From positions 57,164,001 to 57,228,000 of the forward strand of contig NC_042998.1 in NCBI RefSeq assembly GCF_006345805.1: a stretch of 64,000 bases of DNA. Reading direction: 5' to 3'. The notes beneath the pieces are model-generated. The model was not told the DNA's origin, searched no databases, and was given only the letters and a program-made list of their open reading frames with translations. How positions within the stretch are numbered: the first letter of the stretch is position 1; every line of letters begins with the position of its first letter. Below, piece by piece: positions 22,890-36,057 of this stretch. A program made the translations under genes and the position numbers. This DNA is from Octopus sinensis (Eukaryota).

Positions 22890-25800
22890 ATGGCACGAAA
22901 GTGGGAGAGCAAAGAAGTGAAACTTCTGTTGCGAGCATGGACGATTGCTAGCAGCAATCCGTCAAACAGCATCATCACTGCTGCACTGAAGAATAATGGC
23001 TTCTGTAGAGTCTTTGAGCAGATATAGCGGAAGAAAAATGAGTTCATCCGATCCTATGCCCTTATTAGAGAACACATTAACACACTTGATGTCATCATGG
23101 AAAACTACTGTGGCAAGGCTGAGAAGGATAAGAAAAACGAAGCAAAAACCAGAAGTCTCTTTGATCTAGTGGTTCCTTCAATGACTGGATCCCCAACCCC
23201 TGTGAACAGCTAGGCTAATAAGGATAGGGAAGCTAAGGAAGCAACAACCAGAAGTCCCTCTGTGCCAGTGGGCTTACAAAGGAACGGAATCCTCACCCCA
23301 TTGCACAACCAGAAGAATGCAAGCGCTACCACCAGAAAAGGAAGGAAAGAACACGAGCACAAACACAAAGAAGGAAGGGGGAAAACGGAAAAGGAAAATT
23401 GAAAAAACTAAAACCGAAACATCAAACCTCCAAACAAAAATCAGAAAACTCAGATATGGCGGCTCAAGTGGAAACCGGAACCCTAGAGGAGAGAAGAAAT
23501 TCGCAGTGAACTCAAGAACCTGCAAATCATACCCGCAGGGAGAAAACGGTACAAGTTACCGGTACGTTCACCTCAGATCCCGAAAAAACTACAGGGGCCT
23601 TAAGGAGAAATACTTTCCTGAGGAAAGACACTAATCGCCTCCAAAGAAAAAACATATAAATGCAGTTTGCTCTTCAGATGTTATGTGCAAGGCAGCAGGT
23701 GAGTAAAAGTATTTTTGTGCATTGCGCAAAAGATTGTGCAGCAGCTGATCTGGCTATATCAAACACAAATAAGGAACTTTGCCCACCAGTGCGCAAGACC
23801 ACTACAATCAAAAGACACGGGATGGCCTCCCTAACGCCTGCACAGTCATCACGCCAATATTTCTACTAAATAATGGCGGCCTGTTGCATCACAACAACAA
23901 AAGCAACATTTTTTACCTGAGAGATTTTGCTGCATGAAATCAAGCCCTATGCATAGCACTCGTCGAAACTTATCTGAGCCCTGATATAGAGGATGCAGAA
24001 GTATACGTACAAAAATATACCATATTGCGAACAAACAGAAGGGAAAGGATTTATGGTTGTGTTGCTGTGTACATCCGTGAAGACCTCACACCACAGGTCT
24101 TACTGTCATACTCAAATTCAGTATGTGGCTTTCTAATTGTACACATAAGACAATACAATATACTCATATGCAATACATATCGCCCACCGGATGCATCAAA
24201 CCACATAGGCAAGTTTGAAGAATGCCTCATAAGAATTAAAGAAATCCTCAGGAAACTGGAACACCATGTGAGCGTATTTCTCATAGGTGATTTCAAATTC
24301 CCCAATGTCAAAAGGCCCGAATACCTCATGCTCTCAGGAGTGACTCATTGCAAACAAGCACAGGTGGAGTCCCTGCTCAACCTCACCAATGCCCTATGCA
24401 TGGATCATGTTGTACTCAGACCAACTAGGGCGAATAACATTTTAGATCTCTGCTTCACAAACATGATGGACATCGTTGATGATGTGACAGTGACGCCAAA
24501 ATTAGTTTCGGATCACAACATAATAGAGCTGTCTATGTATGGACCAAAAGTAGCCAGAGACATACAGACTAAAGGAAGCACTAAAAATCTCTCCCTCCAA
24601 TCTGAACTTCCACAAACTTGACTGGAAATCGATCCAAAAAGAGTTCCTCAAGCAAGACTGGCCGAAATGTTTCTCCACACCAGACATAGGCATAAAACTA
24701 GAATAGTTCATGTCTGTTATGCAAACTGTATGCCAGAAATATGTCCCAGAACACAAGGCCAACACAAAAAGGAACAAGATTCCAAGGGAGGGGAAGATCC
24801 TCATGAGACGACGGATAAAAGTTGCAATTCGCTTCAACAAGCATTAGTGAACGGACTCGCCTAAAAACAACACTTATGGAGATTGAAAAAAGCTTGCAAC
24901 AGTCCTACGTGTGGGAGAGAGCAGACAATGAAGCTTGGGTTATAAAAAATAAGATTAAGTCAAACCCTATTTCATTATGTCAAACAAACAGGCTCAGTAT
25001 GCTGCAAAATAGGACCCTTCTTCCAAAAGGATGGGTCCCCCACAGATTGTCTAACCATGACCAGTTCCACCACGTTGGAACACAGACAAGTGAACGAACC
25101 AGTGGATATCTTTGCCGCCTCACCTATAAGCAGTGAGGCAGTTACGATGGAATACATCGATATTAGCAAAGAATATATATTACTAGCCATAGATGAGGTG
25201 GATGCAAACTCAACAGCTGGTCCTGATGGTTTCCCAGCAATATTCCGCAAATTGTGTCAGCGTGCCCTGGCGAAACCTCTACAGAATCTCTTCCAGAGCT
25301 TTCTTGCAAATGAGAGGCTGCCAAGCAAACTGAAGGAGGGAATAATATGCCCAATCCATAAAGGAGGAAGCAGAGCATATGGCAAAAATTGTTGGCCTAT
25401 CTCTCTGACTTCGCACATCAACAAAATCATGGAACGGATAGTCAGAGGGATCTAATTGCATTCCTTGAAGAAAACCACTTGCATGGCTTTCGACCAGATA
25501 GGAGCTGCGTGTTGAGACAGTTACTCCACAACTCAGATGGGGACGTAATATACCTTGACTTGCATAAGCTTTTGGTGAAGTGGATCATAGTATGATATCC
25601 CACAAACTGCGTGATATTGGCATATCTTGAAAACTTGGAGAGTGGTTACATTACTTTCTGAAACTTAGAAGTCAGGAAGTAGTGTCCAATGGAAAAGAAA
25701 AAAATAGTGAGCGGTGTTCCATAGGGCACTCTCTTGGGATCACTGCGTTTCATATTAGCACTCTCAGATATGCCCTCAATTGCTTGGATAGCCACTCTTG

Positions 25801-25915
25801 CTAGTTACGCAGACGCTACGAAAGTCTCCCAGAAAATACCAAACCCCAGCGATGTTGCACACCTGAGGCAGGAATTGGACTCAACTGATGGGCTGAGGAC
25901 AATAATATATTTGTA
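22890..25915 (+). mobile_element. Decayed CR1-clade LINE: putative ORF1 (22890-~23700) and ORF2 APE+RT (~23860-25915), 3' end missing
   Basis: APE: LVETYLSPDI, GCVAVYIRED, YRPPD, IGDF.FP, PTRANNILDLCFTN, SDHN. RT: AGPDGFPAI, IICPIHKGGSR..PISLTSHINKIMERIV, HGFRPDRSC, VIYLD, GTLLG, SYADATK. Many frameshifts. Confidence 0.85.
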
Positions 25916-28481
25916 AGTAAAAGGTCCTCAAATTTAGCCATATTATTAATTCAAACATATAAAATGTGAGGGCAGTAATGAAAATGTATAAACCTACAAC
26001 GTAATGTAGTTGTTTGTCCGCATCACGTAGAACTGTTTATATGTGTATGACACATGTATCGTAAGCTTTGCTTTATCTTGTGACATGATAGGCGTTAAAT
26101 TCAGAATATTGTTGTTGTGTGCCAATGTATCAATTGAGACTTATGGTCAGCTGACACATTATGGAATTTAGTACAAAGATGATTCACATTTTAATACTGT
26201 TGTAGGATTGACTAAATGTGTCTACATAATAATAGATTTGTTCTCGACTCTACCGTCAGAATTTGCTTTCGCACCTTTTCCTGCACGTTGCATACACAGT
26301 ATATTGTGGCTGAGCAGGTAAAAGATGTGTTTGTGTGTGTGTGTGTTTGTGTGTTACGGTTTCATATAACTAAAGTATCGTGCCCCCGAAAGAAGAATGT
26401 ATCCACAGGAACCTCCTTTCATATTTCTCAGCTTTTCATACAGATTTACAAAATTAAGACATGCTCGATATATTTAATCTGCCTTTTCCCAAACATGTTG
26501 CATCCTTTCCTTATGGAATACATCCGTTCATCCTGATTTGTATACAATGTTACATATCAGTGTGACTGATTCCCACTTAGTTTCAATTTTGACAACGTAA
26601 TTCTCTATACATAAGCTTTGTCTGTCAAGAAAATTTTGCAAGATATTCAAATGACATCGGACGAAAGTAGGCTATGAAGTCGCAAGAAAATATCCTTCTC
26701 GATCGGAAAAATTATTAAGCCGAAGTTTAGATATATATAACTTTCAATCAACTTTAAATCTGTTAAGGAATTACCATTCCCCTGTTATCAATAACTCAAC
26801 TCCAAGTAAAAAGTATTGGATTTTCAGCAATACCAGTATATTTCAGGATGTAGAATTTTAAGTGTTTCAAATAGAAAAAAAAATACTACATGTAATAAAA
26901 ATACACAACAAATATGAAATACAAAATAGCAATGTTTACTACAGAGTAGCTGATATTAACTTACTATAATGCTGCAAAACTGCAAATAACGACTACATTA
27001 TGAAAATCGTTTTTTCACCTACAGCTTACGTCCCATATTTTAAAACTATAATGTTTGCAGGCATAACAGTATTCCAATATTCTTCTCACTAGTATTAGGA
27101 AAGTAATTACCAAATACAAGTCATTCACTCTATCGATACCAATTTTAGTATTTTTGAAAATGGCTAGAATTGATCGTAGCTTATTATGAAATTATATTTC
27201 AAAACGTTAGGAAGTATATGTAGAGATATTTTATGGCAAAGTGCCAGATGAGATAAAACTAGTTTTTCTTCTCCACTGAAACAAGAGTAGTATCATTAAT
27301 ATAGTACACAAAAGCCTTTTAAAAGAGTGCCCCCGAGGGCAGCTCAGAGAAGCAGAAGACAATTAAAATGATATTTTCAAATATAATGCATAGAACAGAA
27401 TGTAAAGCTATGCAATATCTTGGTAAAGATCAGCATGAAACTTAACCCAACTTTATATATTAAAAAAAAAAAATCATTGAGTGTGTGTATCCGCGTGTGT
27501 GCGTATGCGTGCCTTCTTTCGTGAAAGGCAAAGTTTTTTTTCTTTTGTTACAAAGCATGTTCATTGAAAACAAGCGAAAAGAACTTAAGAATATGAATGC
27601 ACGAATGTAAAAGTACATGCATACTCAGGAAAATATAATGGCACAAAACCAATTTGGAATCGATTCTTTCTTTCGAATACCTTATTGCTTTCTATTCTAT
27701 CGACTGTGGAAATAATAATGGTAAAGACACCTGTTGAGATTAGAACTCAATCTGACAAGAACTATATACCATAAAGTATCAAGTGGAATTGTCTATCGAT
27801 CTTTTAAATATACTAAGGATCTGCTGATATGTTTTTCTTTATTTTCTAAAAAGAATTTCGGGGGTGGTTTCAATGGAACATACGGTGGAATGCAGAGTTC
27901 GTTACTTAATTGTATGTTATCACTTTCTGTCTCAACCTGTTTATTCTTCCGATTCGCTTTCATTCGCTTTCATTTATCTGGAATCGAAAAACCATTTAGC
28001 AGTAAAGGTTTGAGGTTGGCTGAATCAACTTTACCCATTTCATAAAATTTGAGCATAGCTCACTATTCCTGCTATAAGAAATGCTTCATGTAGGTATACT
28101 GCAATCTAAATTTCTCAATACTTTGATATAATGATGAACAAACCAGCAAGTCTGATCGATACCTGTGGTGTACATTCGTTTGGAGTAAGGATGTAACATA
28201 CTGTATCATTTAAAATATTTCCTGTCCTTTATCTTAGAAGAAAAGGTGTAATTAGAGTAATTAGAGACATAATGTGTGGTGTAATGAAGCACGACAAGAG
28301 GAATATATTCTGGAACTGGTAGCAGATTTAATATATTGCTGTAGTATCAGCCAAGTTTGTTAATTATAAAAATTTGAAATATCTGAGATGGAAATATGCG
28401 ATACTGAAAAAAAAAAAAAAAAGAAACATGTAAAAGACATTTTAATTTAACTGAAATACATGAGAGAATGATTTACAATTA

Positions 28482-28483
<2 letters not shown>

Positions 28484-28560
<77 letters not shown>
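28484..28560. repeat. (ATCT)n microsatellite
   Basis: Directly visible; similar array at ~55908-55968. Confidence 0.95.
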
Positions 28561-28659
28561 TTATATATCAGTCTGTCGGACTGTCTGTCTATCTCTCTAT
28601 CTATCTTACTCTTTCTCTTTCTCGATATATAATCTTCCTCCGTCATCCTCCTATCCCTT

Positions 28660-28699
<40 letters not shown>

Positions 28700-29151
28700 T
28701 ATGATGGAAGATGTGAAATGTGAGACGACAATTCTGAATAGAAATTGAAATCGTTTAAAGGATATTGCGGCGAGGATAACCGAATGAAATATATACAAGA
28801 GGCTAGATATGCAGGTGAAAGGGATTGAATAGAATATGATGGTGACAATATACATATATCTAAAGATGAATATTTTGAAAACTGTGTGACACAGGTTAAT
28901 GAAAAGTATGTATGAACGTGAGTGAGGAACGTCTGGAAGATACACTGAGGTGATAAAAGGTGTTAGTGTAAGAAAATTATTGAAGTGAAATACAACTGCA
29001 TAAAAGACTGTGGAAAGAGCGGATTGAACAGTATAAATGGTAAAGAAAGAAAGATGATCTGAGAGAAAAGGTATAGGTAAAATATAGAGTGGTGTCGACT
29101 TGCACAGAAAGACACTGGGTTAAAATGCTTTGACACTTTTGCTCTTTAACA

Positions 29152-29538
29152 TCAGGTCAACACAATTCCAGCATTTATGTTAAATGACATTCCAATCGTT
29201 ATCATTCTGTCATCTAGGAAATGAGGGACCTCTTTATCAAAATTACCATTACTTTTCCTTTTTTTATCGTTGGTCAGAGATAACTTTGCTAAAATCAAGT
29301 TATTCCTGTTTCTTTTTAAAAATTCTGTGGTGAATTGTAAATAAACATTCTGTGCAATAGTTATATTACGAAGAAATGAGAACAATGATTGATTACCGAA
29401 ATCAAAGAGATAATTTCGTGTGACAATGAATAACAAGCAGATGCTGATAATTAATGTAATCCAGTTGTGGAAAGATTCATGGAAACGAGGATTACATTTA
29501 AAAAAATACAAAATTGAAGACCAAAAATGGATTTTCAT
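29152..29538 (-). CDS. Candidate coding exon: type II membrane-anchor-like N-terminus
   Basis: 128-codon non-repetitive ORF in AT-rich unique DNA; hydrophobic WITLIISICLLFIVT segment followed by NQS and NIT sequons; possible donor ATG|GTAATT near 29245. No partner exons confirmed. Confidence 0.3.
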   Translation of the reverse strand: MKIHFWSSILYFFKCNPRFHESFHNWITLIISICLLFIVTRNYLFDFGNQSLFSFLRNITIAQNVYLQFTTEFLKRNRNNLILAKLSLTNDKKRKSNGNFDKEVPHFLDDRMITIGMSFNINAGIVLT

Positions 29539-30225
29539 ATAGCATAAATATGAACGAGGTGGGACAGATTTTTGTCAGATTCTGTGATAATCATTGTGGC
29601 TCGTACCATCGAATACAACGAAAGCTTCGACTTCCAATAACCAATTTCTCCCATAATTTACCTCGTTTCACATATCGCATTTAGTTCAAATAATACGTAT
29701 CACCTAACAAGAGGTAATTGTGTAGTTGAATGTCATGACCTACAGCATCATTCAAATTAAGCTGCAAGAGATGATGTAAAATAGTCAATAGGTGTCACCA
29801 TCTTTTAAACTTTAAGGTTAGCAATTGGATATAAATGGCAGGGGAGTATTATCTCATTTATATTCTGGCTAAAATATAGTAGATGTGCAGAATTGTTAGA
29901 GCGTAGGATAAAATGTCAATAAGATTGGGGAATCGTTGGAGCGTCAAATAAAATACTTCCTGACTTTTTACATTCTGAATTCAAATCTACTGTGGTAAAT
30001 TTTGCCTCTCATCCATCCGAAACCGATAAGACAAAGTTCTAATCAAACGCGCTGTCAATTTGTCGACCGCAAGTCTGTGTCAACATACATTGGTATAACA
30101 AAAAAGAGCCCAAATCCTTGCACAAGTTGTGGAGCTTCAACCAGCAATGAAGTAACACACATTTTGAACTACACTGTTTGTGGATAACATCAATGTTATG
30201 TATTCGTATCACTATATATTAGTGT

Positions 30226-30268
<43 letters not shown>

Positions 30269-30699
30269 ACACACACATCTCATTCCCTCACATATAAACA
30301 CACACTTCCTTTAAAAATGGAAACCATTAAAAGGAATAATACGAAAAACTTCTGATCAGAGTTTTTATTTTATAATCTACTGGGATCACTAAATTATACA
30401 TAGCTCGAGTCAACTCTCTACAACAATTCATTTCTCTACAGTTATCTAGTGCTGAATAATCAAGAATTCAATATTCAATATTTTATAAGATATTTCTGCG
30501 TTGATAATTGTTTACGAAATTAAATTATCATAAAAATCTGGCTTAGATATAAGAAATATTAAAAATATGCCGAAGAAAATGATATAAGAAAATAACATAT
30601 GCAGGTTACATTGCTGGGAATATGTTTCTAAAAAAATTATTTCCATGAAAAAAACATTTTAAGAAATAAGGGTAACGAAACTCCCTCGATTAGATACAA

Positions 30700-30960
30700 C
30701 TATGGCAATCCCTCAAGGTCGAGGATGATGGTATTCGCGCAAATTTATTGGTGAGTCCGCAGGTGACTGATAAGACCAATTCTTGCTTGAAATGATCGGT
30801 CACAGTGCGGACATCTAGTGCCGGAAGGGAGAGTCGCACGTGATTGTTGTTGGCGCTCCTTCCGTCGTCGTCTTTTCCCCTCCAGCTCTGCAGACCTTTT
30901 CGACTCGAAATTCGCCGTTCCCTCATGGATGGTGGTTTTCCAGAGTGGTCTGTTTTTTGC
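30700..30960 (-). mobile_element. RTE (BovB-like) LINE 3' fragment
   Basis: RPLWKTTIHEG..FE.KR..KRRRRKER..CPHCDRSFQARIGLISHLRTHQ*, then a short 3' UTR ending gagggattgcc. Confidence 0.85.
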
Positions 30961-31539
30961 CGTAAAGCATTTGCAAAACAAGCAAACCGCAACAAGCCAT
31001 ACAAACCTTAGCAATATCATAATATCTCCTGAAATTACAATAACTGGAACGGAATCTTATGTTCTAAGTTATAATCTTCATGAACCTCACGAGATATTAC
31101 CACATTGTTCTGATTAACCTAAAGACAAACGTTTCAAATTATGGCCCGTTTTTACGTATAGAAAAGTAACTGGATGATTGAAACACTTGTCAACATCTAA
31201 TACATTGATTATATCTATATCTATAAAATTGTGACACAAAAGAACGACAACAAATATACAGAAAACGAGAAAAACATACACACACAATAGATACAGACAT
31301 ATTCAATTCCTTATCAGTTGTTGACCAAAACCACGATTTCTATACCCTAAATCAGGCTAGCTGAAAAATTCTTTTCTTATCGAGTTGTTCATACTGAAGG
31401 ACTGATATCAGAACTATTGAAACATATGGCTCACATTTTCTCTTTATAGCTTTGTGAACTGGTGTTATTTGGAAATACTTGTTTTATGATATGAAACACA
31501 CAGACAACCCTTCTGCTGCTGGCAAACATTTCCTATCTA

Positions 31540-32209
31540 GGAAGAGAAAAGTAAAAAATTATCCGCAGTTTCGCCATTATATATCTTTATTATTGTCAAC
31601 TGCCTTCTGCGCATAAGTGCTTATATTTGGTACTATTGTAGTCACTTGATCGAAGTTTGAGCCTGATCGTGCCATTTTTCTTTCCTGCGTTACGGTGTAA
31701 GTATGGCAGCTCCACTAACGATGTGCAACAAAGAAAAACAAAGAGTAGTGATCCGAGAGATGGTAATGGCGAGCCGGTTCACTATTACCATCTCTCGAGC
31801 CTGACGAATCTTCTCATCAGCGATGGCGGTTGACGGGCGTCCTGCTCCCTCTTCGTGCGTCACGTTTGTCCGGCCACATTTAAACTTCTCAATTCACTAA
31901 AACATTTCTACGCGCTAGGGCACTGTCCACGTATTGTGCTAAAAGCCGCCGATGAATTTCAACCCTTGACACACCATTCGACCAAAGAAATCAGATCACT
32001 GCTCCTTGTTCTTCTTAGGTGCACATTGCTAATGGAGCGGCCGTACATACTCCGTAAAGCCAGAAAGAAAAATGGCCCGATCAAGCTCAAAATTCGATCA
32101 CGTGACCACAATAGTACCAGCTATAAGCACGTATGAGCAGAAGGCACTGTGACAATAATAAAGATATGTTGTGGCAAAAGTGCGGATAATTTTCGACTTC
32201 AATCGTGCA
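31540..32209. mobile_element. mariner-derived fold-back element built from two inverted 5' ends
   Basis: ~200-nt inverted arms (31555-31753 vs ~31990-32193), each with aaaattatccgca TIR core and MAAPL..C.KE.Q..VI start; minus strand continues IEKFKCGRT.V..EEGAGRPST; central perfect 14-bp hairpin at 31754-31797. Confidence 0.8.
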
Positions 32210-34023
32210 ATATTCGCAGTTTCGAGTCTGGAAATACAGAAAACCAAATTGAAAGAGTGTATTTATGTGTTGTCATTTAATATACAAATACATGTTTTGA
32301 GTAGCTAATATAGTTGTATTAGCTTTACATATGCTTTGAGTACACTATAATTCTCATATTGAAGATAATAACCTCTTTAATTATCGTTATTACCCCAAAA
32401 CGTTTATCTGTTCAATAAACTATTTGAAAAACATTTAGCTCTTAATTTATTGTTGTTCTGTGTCTTCCATCTAGCCATTTTATAGTTTCCTTCAGTTAAT
32501 AACTGTAGTATCTTTCTTTCTAATTTGTATCATAAAATGACTTCGTTTACTTCTTCGCTCATCGAGATTATTTCTCAAAGTACGCATAAAATTGTATAAG
32601 TTGTTATTTAGCGCCAGCTAACCCTTGTAAGAGTAGACTTATGAACAACGACTTTAATAAAACATACCCTCGTTCCCTTTGGGCCAATTTCTAATACACA
32701 CTACTTTTTCTAAGAAGGTAAGGTGTGATTTGCGGGACACTTAGCTGTTATGTTTAATTATAATGTGTTTCGGGTGATTTAATCGATTGTATTCTACAAA
32801 ACATTAGCAATAAACTCAATTGAATCAAATCAATAATGTTTATATAGGTGTATGCGTTCAGTTTTTATAGGATTAAGACTAGAAAATGGCTGCGACACAC
32901 CGAAAACACAAAACAATAGTACTCTCACGACTAGAGATGCACACATTTTCAATCAATAATTTGGAAGATGTATTAATTCTAATTTATCTATTGACTAAAA
33001 TCTTTGACATTATATTTATCATCAGTGGATAATTTTGAAGTGAAGGAAAATAAATGTTTTTTTTTCTTACAAAGAATTGGCATCAAAGACTAGTAAATAT
33101 AAACTAGAACTTTTCGAAACTAAGATACATTCAATAAACTCAACCCCGCTCCCCACATTTTATACAAACAACTTGAATTGCGAACGCATTATTTCGATTC
33201 TTCATTAATATCCAGCTTGGAAACCAATCTTCCTGCAACATATCAAACACTTCGAAATGCTGCAAGCAGCTAGATTGTCATACAAGACTCGAGATATAAT
33301 GAATTTTGTTATATGTTTGTAAAAGATGTCAATTTGCACCAGCTTTTTATTACTGTTGCACCTTTCATAAAGTTTGTATAGGTGATAAGAAGATCGATAT
33401 TGTGAAGTGCTTTCTCCTCTTATGTAGCTTTCATGGTCACAAAATAGACTTAATATCTCTATGAAGAGAGGAATTTATTGGCATAAAAGACTCAATGTTA
33501 TTTCAATACTCCAGTTATAAATATAACAATCTACGTTTCACAGATAGTATCTATGTTATATTAATATAAAGACTTTTAAAAGATTATATATCCGTTCAAG
33601 ATTACATTAGAAAATTTAATCGTTTCATGATAACCTAATATTTGAAGCTAAAATGATATATTTGTCGTTTGCTTCCAGCGTGGATTACACAGACTGTATT
33701 GCTGGTATTCTATTAAAAACGATAACACAAATTCCGAAATTGCTTGTCTCATTAAATATCTCACCTGAATCCTTATTTTAGTAACAAATATAGAAACCAT
33801 CAATCCTTAAATTGCTCGTTTCCTATAAAGTCCCCGTCACTTTCTTATTGATGTTTGTACTTTGTTTGGTGTTTGAAGAAGATTAATATATTAAGGCATT
33901 CAGTTATCACAGATTTACTTAATTTTAGATTTCCAAATTATCTTAGACTCGGTAGAAGGTATAGAGACTAATCTCAAACAGATCTGTATCCTAACAAATT
34001 TCCATTAATATTACTTATTAAAT

Positions 34024-34236
34024 AAGGTGGCAAACTGGTAGAACCGTTAGCACGCCGGACGAAATCTTCAGCGGCATTTTGTCCCTCTTTACGTTGTGAG
34101 TTCAAATTCCGCCAGCGTTGACTATGCCATTCTTCTTTTCGGGGTCGATAAAATAAGTAACACTTGGGTACTGTGGTCGATGTAAGCGACTTAACTACTC
34201 CCTTAAAATTGCAGGCCTTGTGTCTATTGTAGAAAC
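34024..34236 (+). mobile_element. SINE family S1
   Basis: Same head, B-box-like motif and tail as 6791-7004. Confidence 0.8.
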
Positions 34237-35659
34237 GATTCTTCTTATTATAATACTGGCATTGTGCCAACATTTGAAAGCATTATTACTTAACAAACTT
34301 TAATCGTTTTAAATAATGGTTCTCTTATAAACTTAACTCCATATATTTTCTGCAGTAAATGTTTGAGAACAACTTAATTTTATAAGTAACTTTATTAATA
34401 ACATCTACAACTAGCCATTAATTGTCATAAAATTAATTACTATAATGTAATCAATTAACTGCAGCAAATAGCAAATAAAATTAAATCTCACTGAATTTAT
34501 ATGTGAAATCTAAGGAAATTGAAGCATAAAGTTTTCTGTATTATTAATATTCCTTGAAATGAAGAATAGGTAACAATTCTGTTGGAGAAATAAAATACAG
34601 ATGAACGAAATATACTTATTACAAACTATTTTCCTGGAATTTCCATGAATGTGAAGTATATGGAATTCTTACTTAGAGATTTATTAAAAGAATAGTCAAT
34701 ATGTAGTTAGAAAGATAGTGAATAGAGTAAATCAATTTATTTTAGTTATGCTTTATTCTTGGATAGTAGCTTCTTGACAGGATCTATAGAACAGAAGCGT
34801 AATGTATTGAGGACATATTTAAGTATAGAGAGCAACATTATTTTGTATCAGATGATTTTCATGCACTAAACATTATTTCATTAGAACGTACGGTAGGAGG
34901 CGAATTACGTTTCATGCGTAAACTTCTCACGTTGCTGCTGAAGTCTCTTGCAAATATCTATAATGTTCTGCTGAGGTCACATACTAATAACTCTAATGAT
35001 CTGTTGTAATCCCATGTTAACCCATAAATACTGACGTAGTTTCAGTACTAAACTCATTTCAGATTTATAAAGCGTATTTCAAAACATTTTTTATAGTCCA
35101 GTTACAATAAGAATCACTCAAACTTGCTACGTTTAGCAGAACTTTCCAGATGTCGAGATTTTATTATTAGATCTAGAGTGTAATTCAGTTAATTATTACT
35201 AATAAAAAAGCGCAAGGCGGTAGACTGGCAGACTCGTTAGAGCGCGTCGGACAAAAATGATTTAGATGCATCAATCTATATTATAAGGTCAAATCTCGTT
35301 GATGTGAGCCTTGCTTTGAAATTTTCAAGGTATGTAAACTAAGAGCCAAGTAATTCCCTAATCAAATCGACTAACTCACCTCTACCCAAAATTATGGTCT
35401 TATACCTTTGTGAGAAGTTATTATTAATGAAAAACCCGTGATATATTTTAAAAAATACCCCTTCAATATTTATTTTTAAAAAAGGGCGTTATAATCCCTC
35501 TGATATTTTACCAGAATCGTAACAAACAAACGAATGAACCTCTGGGTGGTTACTCCATCTCAGAAATATTAGACAAATCCTTTCATATAAAACACTTACG
35601 TCTTAAAAATCGATATACACATTGGACATGCAGTCCTAAAAATACAATATGATCATGAC

Positions 35660-36057
35660 TGCAATGCCCTTGGTCAACAGTGCTGACGTGGGGAAAACAA
35701 CAATCACAGCAATTATAATTTGGTTAATTACGGGTCTTTGAAGAAATTTTTAATGCGCCCTTTTCCAGCCTAGCCAGGCTCAAGGGCATAGTTTTCCGGT
35801 GTCTATGGCGTATGTGTTCCCTCCAGCTGGACTGGACGTCACTCCATCGCAGCGTTACCCAGGAAACAGGAAGAAAGTGTAAGAGAAAGTCGGGGCGAAA
35901 GAGTACAACAGGGGTCGCCACCACCCCCTGCCGGAACCTCGTGGAGCTTTAGGTGCTTTCGCTCAATAAACACACACAACGCACCCTGTTTGGGAATCGA
36001 AACCGCGATCCTCTGACCGCGAGTCCGCTGCCCTAACCACTGGGCCATTGCGCCTCC
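35660..36057 (-). mobile_element. tRNA-derived SINE, family S2
   Basis: Reverse complement of the ggaggcgcaatggcccagtggttagggcagcggactcgcgg head; left boundary approximate. Confidence 0.8.

Noticed and set aside
22107-23027. 306-aa, 228-aa and 222-aa ORFs rich in L/S/P/F
   Set aside because: Products of the CT tract, which cannot encode stops; only the last 45 codons (from ATG 22890) look like real protein.
26650-26860. 68-codon stop-free plus frame (HRTKVGYEVARKYP..QDVEF*)
   Set aside because: No ATG, no clear splice sites and no recognisable motif.
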